Assembly: GCA_004431415.1 (NCBI GenBank)
Contig: QPMI01000657.1
Location: forward strand, 186,001 to 250,000
Origin: Cyanophora paradoxa CCMP329
Lineage: Eukaryota > Plantae > Glaucophyta
Direction of reading: 5' to 3'
DNA length: 64,000 nucleotides
Shown here: positions 26,361 through 36,336 of the stretch, one piece after another
Layout of the letters: the number at the start of each line of letters is the position of its first letter
Position numbering within the stretch: the first letter of the stretch is position 1
Notes under the pieces: generated by a model
Seen by the model: only the letters and a program-made list of their open reading frames with translations
What the model was told of the DNA's origin: nothing
The model's database searches: none
Program-made: the position numbers and the translations under genes

Positions 26361-27683
26361 GGACCACCCCGTCTGGCAGCCAGGCGGTGCAGACGGTTCC
26401 TCGTCCAAGCCCGCGGCCTACAAGGGCGCCGAAGGCTTCGGCATCCCGCAACATGCTGTAGGGGCTGAGCCTGAGGATCCCGACGTCCCGCTGGGCATCT
26501 TTAGGATGCAGCTGGGCCCGACCGAGCGGGCCCTGCGCCAGCTCGCCAACTCCGCCGGCTTCCGCGCGGAAGCCCCAGCCGAGGGTGGCCGAGCCGCTAG
26601 ACGCCGAGCGCCCCGGGCGGCGCCTGCGAGCGCCCCTCTTCCCCGCCGGGCCGCTCCTCTTATGCAGAGGAGGAGTCGCGGCCCCCTGTGCCAGCCAGTG
26701 CTCCTGAGGCCGAGCCCGACGCCGGCGCCCCTGAAGCGCCCGCGCCCGAGCCTGAGGGTGAGGCTGGCGGTGCTGCGGAAACCGATTCCGACGCCGAGCC
26801 CCCGCCGCCAGAGCGCGCGCCGCGACGCCTGCCCCGCGAGCTCGCCAAGCTTGCTGCGTCGGCTGGGTTCGCTGAGGCCAAGGCCTCCGCCTCGGCTACT
26901 GACGCCGCCACGCGCAAGCGAGCGCGGGCCGCCCCAGAGCGCTTCGCGCCTCCCGCGCCAGAGTCGGTCTCGCCGCCCCCGAAACGACGAGAGCCGGGCC
27001 CGGCGCCCGCTGTCGAGGAGCGCGAGGCTCCCTCGGACGCGGAGATGCCCGACGCCCCTGAGGGCGACCTGGGCGCCCCGGCCGCGCTGCTAGAGGACGC
27101 TCACGCAGAGGCCGAGGCCTCGGGCGAGATCGATGACGAGTCGCTGCCGGAAGGGCCTGTCCCCTCCGACGCCTGCGACGCTGACGGCTTCCCCTCGCTC
27201 TTGCGGAGCGAGTCCCGAAGCGCTCGGAAACCGGGCCCCGTCGGTGGGGCGCCAAGGGATTTGCCGAGCCGCGGCCCCTGCATCCCGACGCGCTCTTCCC
27301 TCGCGGCCCGCCTTGAGGCGGCAGCCTCGAGATGAGTACAACACGCGCCACTGGCGCTCCCCGGTCGACCCCTCGGATCGGCCGGTGCCGATTCATATTG
27401 AGTGGGAGCCGGAGGACCCTGAGGGCGAGCCGCCTCCCGGGCCTCCGCGCCGACGCTCGCTCTCCCCGGAGACTGCTCGCCACCAGATCCGCGTTCGGCC
27501 GGTCCCCCGGACCCCAAGCCAGCGCCGCGGGCTCGAGGTCGCCCCTCTGCCCGCGGGCAGGCTTCCGACGACGCCGCCCCGCTCGAGCCTGAGACGGTCG
27601 CCGCCGAGGCCGCTGCCCCGCAGCGGTGGGTAGAACTCGACCCTAGAGGCCGGGACGTTCGCCCGCCGTGCAAGCCGGTCTTC

Positions 27684-29344
27684 GTGGATACCGTCCTCGA
27701 CGCGTGGGCCTGCGGACCCTCGCCAGCCGTCGATGGGGCGCTCCCCGACGCGCTGCGCCGTATGTTCCCGCCCGAGAAGCGCAAGCGTCTGCTCGCCGCT
27801 CAGAAGGAGGATTCCTTCTGCAAGAAGCTTCTCGCCTTCCACGCAGAGGGCGAGAATCCAACTGTCTGTACCCGCGGCTCGAGGCGCGACGCAGATCCCT
27901 GCTCGCCCAGCTGCGCTCACTGCCTGCGGGCCAAGGAGCGCTTTGCACGCCTGGCCGGCGAGTTCAGCCTGGCCGACGACGGCGTCATCGAGCGCAACCC
28001 CTTGGTCCCTGCCGGCCGGTTCCTACCCGTCTTGCCGGACGCTTGGATCGACAGGGTGCTCTACGCCTATCACGAGGGCTGGGCCCATCGAGGCGCGCCC
28101 GTGATAGCCCGTCGGATCGCCCTGCGGTTCTGGTGGCCTGGCATGTACGCCTCCATCGCTCGCTTTGTGCGGTCGTGCCCGCACTGTCAGTTCGCGAAGG
28201 CCGCGAAGCCCCGCCGTACCGCCATTCAGGTGATACAGCCTTCGGGCAAGGGAGACCTGTGGCAGGTGGATATCTTCCACTTGGATATGCACGAAGACGG
28301 TTCGCGATACATCATCGCGTACGTCGACGCATACACCAAGTTCTGCTATATCTACCCGCTCTCCCGTATCTCCGGCGAGGCCTTGCTCGCCACCGCGATC
28401 GACTTCTATACGCACGAGGGCGTGCCCGCGCGCATCCTGACGGACCGCGGGTCCCAACTCGTTGGGGGCGCGTGGAACGCGTTCTTCAAGGAGAAGGGTA
28501 CCCGGTTCGTGCACGCGGCCGCCTACCACCACGCCTCGAACGGCGGCGCCGAGCGCCTGGGCGGAGTCTACAAGACTCTCGCTTACGCCATGTGCCGTGA
28601 GCACAAGCGGCCGCTCTCTGACTGGCCTCTTTACAACGCCGATATCGTTCTCGCGTTGCGGACCACCGTGCACTCCGCCACCGGGTTCTCCCCGATGGTC
28701 TTGCACCGCGGTTCTGAAGTGCACCTGCCCTGCGAAGTGCGCTTCGGAGCCGGCGTCCGCTTCGTGAACCCCGACCACACGCACCCGGCTGATTACCTTC
28801 TCGCGATGACGCGAGCTGCCGCGAGCGCCGACGCTGCCTCGCGCGAGTACCGTCGGTTCTATCGGAACCGCATGGTTGCTCGCACCGGCAACCCGCCTCA
28901 TCGTCGCCGCTTTGAGGTTGGCGACAAGGTATTGTGCTGGATGGGCGAACACAACAAAGGGCTGTACAATTCGTGGGTCGGGCCCTACACTGTGACTGGT
29001 GTTAACCCTGGCGGTTACACCTACACGGTCAAGGGGTCGGCTAAGCCCTACTCCGCCAAGGACGATGCCCGTACCCGTCCTCTGCGTGAGACTGTTGCCC
29101 ACATCGACTGCATGCTTCCGTTCCGCACGCGTCTCTCCGAGTCTCAAGCCCGTCCCCGCGTTGGTCGGCCTCGGAAGACTGCTGTGAACGCCGACGAGCC
29201 GGCGATCGACCCCGCACTCGCGGACTCGCCCGCTCAAGAACAAAATCCACCTCTCGCCCCTGACGTCGACGCCGAGGGCCCGAGCGGGCTGCCGAGGGCG
29301 ACGAGGTTGGGATGGATGACGCGATTTTGGTCGACGACCTGTGA
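27684..29344 (+). CDS. pol: Integrase (HHCC, DD35E, GPY/F) with an AT-hook-like tail; no chromodomain seen
   Basis: HEGWAH...CPHC; D28269 (WQVDIF), D28443 (ILTDRG), E28551 (NGGAERL) with exact D-35-E spacing; WVGPYTV; RVGRPRK. After a final -1 step near 29280 the frame ends ...ILVDDL-TGA at 29344. Confidence 0.95.
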
Positions 29345-30022
29345 GAAGCTCGTCCCATTGCTGTTCCCTTTGCGATCGCTGTGCTTGCGCCGTGGGGCAG
29401 ATTTCTTTGCCCGCTTTGCCTCAGCCCTGGCTTCCGAGGTGGGACGTGGGTTGGCTGGTGGCCAATCACGGGGCGCCATCTGGGCCTTTCGTTCCATTTT
29501 CTGGGATCTGGGCCCGTCGCTCGTGGAGAGTGGCTGGGTGTAGGCCTCCCGGGTGCCTGCGGGTCCGTGAGGGGCTCGAGGTTGCTGGCTGGGGGTGCAC
29601 TCAGTCGTGCCCTATCCTTTCGTTGGGCCTGATGGGCGGCCCGGATACCTCCTCGCTGGTTTCTTCCCGAGGCGGTGAAACTTCCCATCCGTGCCACTCT
29701 CCTTCGGCTCTCGCCGTTGGAGCGAGTTTGGGCCAGCTTTTGGGGGGTTTCGAGTTCTATGCTTTTCCATCTTTCGAGCTTGGCCTGGGGTTGCCTAGGT
29801 ACATGCACTATGCTGGTATCGGCTCCTATTTCGGTCGCGAGCTATGCTACCTGGCATATCTGGTTGCTGACGACGGACATTCTGCTTCGAGAGGAGTTCA
29901 CTCGCCGCCGCCCTGTCGCTGCCGTGGTTGGTGCACACCCCGGCGGTGGGGTGGACGCCCCGTCGAGCATGCAGACTCGACGTTCGGCTTGGCGCGGTCC
30001 GGTGCGAGGACGCACCGTATGC

Positions 30023-30034
30023 AGAGTGAGGAGT
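30023..30034 (+). promoter_or_regulatory. Polypurine tract
   Basis: AGAGTGAGGAGT immediately 5' of the 3' LTR. Confidence 0.6.
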
Positions 30035-30290
30035 TGTCGCGTGCCGCGATTCCCTCGGATTAGGCTAGCCGGCAGTCTATGCGTAGCCGCTAGCCCTAGT
30101 CTAGTGCTATCGAGCAGCTAGCTCTAGCACTCTCTGTATTCTGACTTAGCGCCGGGCGCGACTCCGTTTGGGGGTACGCGATCCCTGGACGGGTACACTT
30201 GTGAATAGACCACTTGTGCTCCCAGCTACAGCCCCAGCCCGTGCGTGACCGCACGGACGCTGCACCGGGTGGGAATCCTCTCATCCGACA
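30035..30290 (+). repeat. 3' LTR (256 bp)
   Basis: Matches 11602-11857; followed by TSD GGAAT. Confidence 0.97.
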
Positions 30291-30405
30291 GGAATTACAT
30301 CACGAAGAAGCGGAGGACAAAATTAAGTAAGATGAATAACAGGAAGCAGACTAGTAAGAGGAACAACAAGACAACGTGGACGCTTAACCGCACCCCCTTC
30401 CCCCG

Positions 30406-31099
30406 CGCAGCTGGCGGAGCTGAACAAGCGGCCGATCCTCCCCCTCCTCCCCTCCGACATCCCCGTGCGTCCCTCCCGTCCCACGCACCCCTCCCCGGCT
30501 CTAAAATGCCGTACCCCCAGGCCCCAGAGGGCGCGCCGCCCGACGCGGAGCCCTTCGCGTAAGTCACGGCCGGCAACGTCGCCCTCCTCGCCGTGCGCCC
30601 GTTTCGATATCGGATGAACCTGTACCCCCCTCTGAATTGAAGGTCGAGTGTACCCCAGAACCTCGACCGGCTCGTCGACTCCGTCCCGGGCCTCGCCCCC
30701 ACCCCCGCCGCCCCCGCCCCGCCCCCGCCGCCCCAGCCGCCGTCGCCCCGGCCCCCGCCGAGCAGCCAGCGCCAGGTGCTGCTCCGGAGCCGCCTCGAGC
30801 TCCGGGTGCGGGCGCGGCGGCTGCGGCCACTGAGGCGCGGGAGCTGGAGGAGCGGCGGCGCCGAGTCGCGGAGGCGCGCGCCCCCCGCTTGCCCAGGTCT
30901 CTCGCGATCGCTCTGACTCGACCCCGCCCAGCTGGAGGCCCGGGTCAAGGAGGCCGAGGCCGAGGCGGCGGGGAAGATGGTGCCCCGCCCCGCCGGCCCC
31001 CGCGCCAGCCGCGGGCCCGGGCCCCGGCGCGCCCTCCGCGAGCCCCGCGCGCGCGGCCACTCCGGCCTCGAAGGCCTGCGTCGTCATGTAGGGCGATCA
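30406..31099 (+). pseudogene. Duplicated 3' fragment of the ANK-TIR-TIR gene (copy of 5021-5705)
   Basis: Colinear, highly similar copy from CGCAG|CTGGCGGAGCTGAACAAG to GTAGGGCGATCA, introns included. Upstream exons are absent. Confidence 0.85.
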
Positions 31100-31639
31100 A
31101 CAAAACATTCGCTCGGATATATAGGTCCTGCCAGGCAGGCATGCAGGGCGATTATCGCTATATTTGTCCTAAATCTTAGTCTCGGATTTAGAGCTCTATT
31201 CGCAGTTAAAGCTTGAGAGGCAAGCTTCTATTCGCAGTACGTTGAAGCTTGAAAGGCGAGCACTGCGCAGGGGGGGGGAGGGATATAGATCGAGGCCTAG
31301 GAGAGGGGACCCATGGCCAGCGAGGGGAGAAAATGGATCGGAACCGGTGCTGCCAGGCTGAGAGCTCGGAGCTCGGAAATTAAATCGATCTAGAGCGGAG
31401 CTCGAGAGAGGAAAGGATCGAAAACTCGGTGATCGATTACGATAACGCTACAGCTGCCACAGACGGGCGCCGCGCGCTGTGCAAAAATCGCGACACCTGC
31501 GCAGCTGATATCGAGAGCTTCGAATTCGAGGTGACGTCGCCACGTCCTATTTCGCGCCACGTCCTATTTCGCGCCCATTTATAATTTCGCGCAATGCGCG
31601 TTAGCGCTGCTGATCGATTTCTTACAGCGCGCGTCTGGA

Positions 31640-33948
31640 ATGTCAAGCTCAAGCACTGATCGCGATCGTGCGAAGCGCGCGGAGAAGCGCGCGGAGAAGC
31701 GCACTCGCGTCGATCGCGAAGAGCCGCCACCAGCGATATCGAATGCACCGCTGCCATCGGAAGCGCTGTCGGATTCGGTCGTCAACAATATTCTCAACGC
31801 GGTCGGGCTGCGGACGAGCGGTGCAAGCAGGTCAGCTCTGGCGTCGAGCCGTTCGAATTCAAAGCGTTTTAATTTTGACGTCGACTGACCCCGCGCGCGC
31901 GACTCGCAGCCAGTGGCTTCAGATGTTGAGAGGCACGGAGTGGGCGAGTTTCAAGCTGCGCGTGGGGATGAAGGCCAGCGCCGAAGCGGAGCAGCCGCAG
32001 CCGCAGACGGTCGATCCCAAAGACACGATCGGCGCGGCGACAGCGCTCTTCGAGAAGCGACAGTTGCGGCTCAGCGGTGGGGCTAGCGTCTCACTTCTGT
32101 TTAGCCAGGAGTCGAAAAATGACGGCAACTCGGACTACGTGGCCTACAGCCATCGCACGGCAGAGGCGGTGTGCAAAATCCTATCAGCCATCACCCTCAG
32201 CCACAGCGGCCCACAGCAGCCAGGAGAGGTGACGGTTGCGATCGGAACCGACTGGAAACACGGAGGTCCTAACGATGAAGGTTTTCTTCGCGCCTTCGTG
32301 CTCGACGTGCTGCGGGCGTTGCGTCCGTCAGGAGGGGCGGCAAGTGTTCTGAAAAGTCTCAGCATCGGCTTTTTTGGCGGAGAGTACGCTCGCTCACAGG
32401 CGTCGTGGCCGTCAGCGGCCGAGCTGCAGGCGGCCCTCGCGCCCTTCGGGGCGCTGCGCACGCTCAACCTATTCTTCAGCAACTTTGCTGGCGGCTTCAG
32501 CCCGGAGTCTGCATCGGCTATCGCCTCCGCCTGTCCTCTTCTCCGCTCTCTTAGCTTCCGTCCGGAGAAGGCATCGATCTCAGCGGCACTGGCGGCTCTG
32601 GCGCCGCTCTCGCAGCTGGAGACCCTCGTTGTGATGAACGACGGGAGCGGTGGCCGCCGCAGCGATGTCGACGTCGGCGGCGGCTTGGTTGCACTTGCGG
32701 ACGGCGCCGCGGGCCTCAGCCTGCGCAGCATCGACTTCACCATCGAGCGGGGCCTGTGCCAGTTGCAGTGCGCATGCGTCGCCCTAGTTTTCTTGTCCGA
32801 TGGTCACCCTATATAGGCCTTGAGCTTGTTTTCGCACTCTTCACCCTTGCATTATGTTGCACTTACAGCAAACGCGGCAGCGATTTTTCATATATGCGCA
32901 GAGATGTTTCGTTTGGAGTTCAGGGATCGCGTCTCTCGGACGCCGATGTGGTCGCTCTCAGCCGCATGCCGAAACTCGAATCCTTCGGCACCCTGCTGGT
33001 GCGCATCACCGTAATAATTAAGAAGTTGTAATTATAATAACTAAAGCGTACACAGTAAATATTTAATGACTACAATTCGAAAATCTAGCTCTTGATCATG
33101 ACCTCATCCGGATCCGAGAGCACATGTACATACTCACGATCGAGATTGCCACACAGGTCGCGGGTGTGACACGGGGGCCCCTCCAGGCGATCAGCCGCGC
33201 CCCGTTCCGGCTGCAAGCCGAGGCGGATGTCGACTGGGCCGACTGGAAAGCCTTGGCCTACAAGATCTCCTGCCTGCCTCCCTCGACCCGACTCCATCTA
33301 GACATGTGCATCATGCCTTGCTATACAATTCCGCGTGAGTGCACTTTATCTTTCCTGTCTCCCTTTTACACTTTTACGTATACACGCATACATTAATTAC
33401 TCCCGCTCCATGTGCACCGTCAGCTTCCCACGTGTGCCCGCGCCCCGAGGAAGTCGCCGCGTTCCTCCGGAGCCCCGGCGTGCAGCGCAGCCTCGTCCGC
33501 CTTCACATGGACCTCGTCATGGGCCCGCTGGAGACAGTGGTGGCGAAGGCCATGCGAGGACTGCAGTCGATCGAGCGCATCTACATCACTTTCTCGGGCA
33601 TAGATGTGATGCTCCAACCCGTGGCCCCTTTCAAGGTTTGAAATATTCGAGCTGTTTGCATGATCATGAATACATGTCATAGTGTAGTGTAGCGATTAAT
33701 ATTGCAACTGGCCATGGGCGACGCTAACCGGGGCGCGGCGGCGCCAGGTCCTCGGGGGCCTGCCCCTCGGCGTCGCAGTGGACATCGAGTTCGATATGCC
33801 CGAGGACTTCGAGTTCGGCTCGGACGGGGAAATCGACAAGACCGGCTACGATGAAACCTGGAAGGCGATTGACAAAACCTTCAAGGCGATAGAGCGCGCC
33901 CTCCGCATCCCGGAGCGCCCAAAGTCTTCCGTAGAGAGTCACTCGTAG
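31640..33948 (+). CDS. F-box-like/LRR protein, multi-exon, paralogue of the 9469 gene
   Basis: LSDSVVNNILNAV...QWLQMLRGTEWASF; WPSAAELQAALAPFGALRTLNL...IASACPLLRSLSFRP...LADGAAGLSLRSI aligns with the 9469 gene. Last exon VLGGLPLGVAVDIEF...ESHS-TAG (33946-33948). Confidence 0.7.
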
Positions 33949-34349
33949 GGACGTCCTGACGGGCCGCGGCCGCGCATACGACGCTGGATTCCTTGCCTTG
34001 TTCGCAATGTTACGTACACCTTAAAAACAAATCGCCGTGTTGCTGCTGTGCGGTGAAACATTTGTTTTCGTATTTATAGCTGCACGTACAGCGTTTTCGT
34101 TCGCATTCATTCACGTCAGCATTCACTCACGCGCACGCACCATATATCCGATCGCGATGAGGATCGTTACATCAAAGACTAGTGGCCCGGCCGCGTTTTG
34201 GCGCGCCGGGGGTGCAAGGGGGGAATCTGGATCTAATGAAAGAGTAGTAGTGGCACGAACATGCACGGGGCAGATGTAGATCGACCCCGGCCCCCGGCCC
34301 CGCAGCTGGGCAAAGAAGGCAATAACCGCCGTTGCAAGCCCCAGTACTA

Positions 34350-34537
34350 GTGCTACAACGCTGGAACTGTACGCTCTCGCCTTCAACAATGCCTTCAGGC
34401 AGTTCTGCACCAGTTTTTAATTTGCGGCCTCGTCCCATGTTAGCTACAACGCTGGAACTGTACGCTCTCGCCTTGCGCTGCAGCTGCACACACGCTCCAA
34501 TTGCAACGCTGGAACGTTAACTGTACGCTCTCGCCTT
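34350..34537 (+). repeat. Three dispersed copies of a ~27-bp motif
   Basis: CAACGCTGGAACTGTACGCTCTCGCCTT at ~34356, ~34447 and ~34504; the third has a 6-bp insertion. Confidence 0.8.
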
Positions 34538-35033
34538 TGTTATTCGCAACTCGAGCTCGAGTGCTCGCTCCAGACCGCCGGTGCAGCACACTTGCGTTCG
34601 CTGTTCAGCTTGCCGCTGACGCGCTCAATACCCGGATTCAACTCGGAACAGTTTCGCTGTCAAAGTTTCTCGCGGTTGACAGGCCAATCTCTGCTATTCG
34701 AAACTCGAGCTCCTGCAGACCGGCGTACGACCTGCTGGAGATCTAGACTCGAGCTCCACCGAGCTGGACTGCTGGCCGGGTGGCAGACGGCACGTACGCA
34801 GGCACGCGGCGCAACGCGGGGCACACGCGGGGCGCAGACTAAGGAAACAAGTGCCACGTCGTGCGCAGCACGCGAACTAGTCTGCTGGCCAGGTGCCGAG
34901 CGCAACAAGAGCGCCCGGCCCAGCAGGCGTGCTCGGCCGGCTCACGCGGTTCTGCGGCGCACGCGATGTCGGCGGCTTGCTGAGCGCAGCAAGAGACTAG
35001 CTACATGTACAGTCTGGACTCAGTGACTGCCGC

Positions 35034-35448
35034 GCAAAATTTAGAGGAGACAGCGCTAGCTAGCGCTGGTAGAAGTGGTTGGCATGCAAAACCGCCGCGT
35101 GACACCCCAGCGCCGCGCGAAGGAGAGGCCCGGAGAGCTCAGATCTACAGCTAGAGCCTAGCAAAATTTAGAAGAGAAAGCTGGGAGAAGTGGTTGCCAT
35201 GCAAAACCGCCGCGTGACACCCCAGCGCCGCGCGAATGAGAGGCTAGCAAAATTTACAGGAGACAGCTGGGAGAAGTGATTGCCATGCAAAACCGCCGCG
35301 TGACACCCCAGCGCCGCGCGAAGGAGAGGCTAGCAAAATTTAGAGGAGACAGCTGGGAGAAGTGGTTGCCATGCACAACCGCCGCGTGACACCCCAGCGC
35401 CGCGCGAAGGAGAGGCCCGGAGAGCTCAGATCTACATCTAGAGCCTAG
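35034..35448 (+). repeat. Minisatellite, 4 units of ~86-127 bp (long-short-short-long)
   Basis: Repeated GCAAAATTTAGAGGAGACAGC...GCAAAACCGCCGCGTGACACCCCAGCGCCGCGCGAA. Confidence 0.9.
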
Positions 35449-36336
35449 AAATTGGTTTTCCCCGAGTTCCTGCAGACCGCCGGGCAACCTGCTCTAGACT
35501 CAAGTTCTGACTGCAGCTGCAGACTGGAGAGAGAAGATGAGAGCTGTCGCGAAGAGACGACAAGATCGAAAGAGAGAAAACTGGTTTTCCCCCTCGAAAA
35601 CCGCTTTTTGCGTGCACGCTCCCAGCGACCAACACGTGTCGCAACGCCATTTTGGCTCATTTTTTTCCTGCGTTGCAAACTGGACCTCGAAAACGGCCTC
35701 ATAGAAGAATTTTGGCTGAAGCGAGGGAACGGGAAGCAAGGGGGGGAAGACCTTCGGTCTTCTTTTCCCCCCTTGCAAAAAAGCTCGATCGCGAGCGTTG
35801 TATCTAATTATTTAAATTAGAACCTCGAGCTGCGAATTCGAATGGTTAACGTTACACGACCGTCGGGCGCGTACACGTAACGTGTCGCTCTCGCCTTAGT
35901 ATACGTAGTGGGATCATCGCATTGTCAAGACCTGATCATGATATCGATGGGCCTCCCGCGCGCGGGCTTTCGCCGAGTCGCAGACTCGGGAGTTCGACAA
36001 TGTACATCAATATCTACAACCGGAAAGTACAAAGGATGCGAAAACACAGAACATGTACACCCAACAACTCCAAATAAATAGCTAGCTAGCTCGGGAGTCG
36101 GGACTGGCCTGGCGCCCTAGTATTGACACAAATATTAATATCCTGCGAAACTGCAACAAGTCGCAAAAGTGAAAAGCGCAAAATCCTGTAAAGTGCGAAA
36201 CTGAATCTCGAAGGTGCTAAAATCAAAGGCCTTGCCCCGAAGCTATCTACTTCATAACAAAGTAAATTTCAAGCGCATCATGGCATCTGCTGCCGGGCTG
36301 CTGTAGGACGCGGGGCGACGAAATTAAAGCTCTGCG

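Larger units (their letters stand above)
11602..30290 (+). mobile_element. Full-length giant (18,689 bp) Ty3/Gypsy-type LTR retrotransposon
   Basis: Two 256-bp TGTCG...CGACA LTRs with no difference visible by eye. 5-bp TSD GGAAT (11597-11601 and 30291-30295). Domain order Gag-PR-RT-RNaseH-IN, which is the Gypsy order. Confidence 0.97.

Noticed and set aside
29345-30034. Chromodomain or env-like ORF after the integrase (ORFs 29341-30063 etc.)
   Set aside because: No chromodomain aromatic cage or credible env features; treated as 3' UTR.
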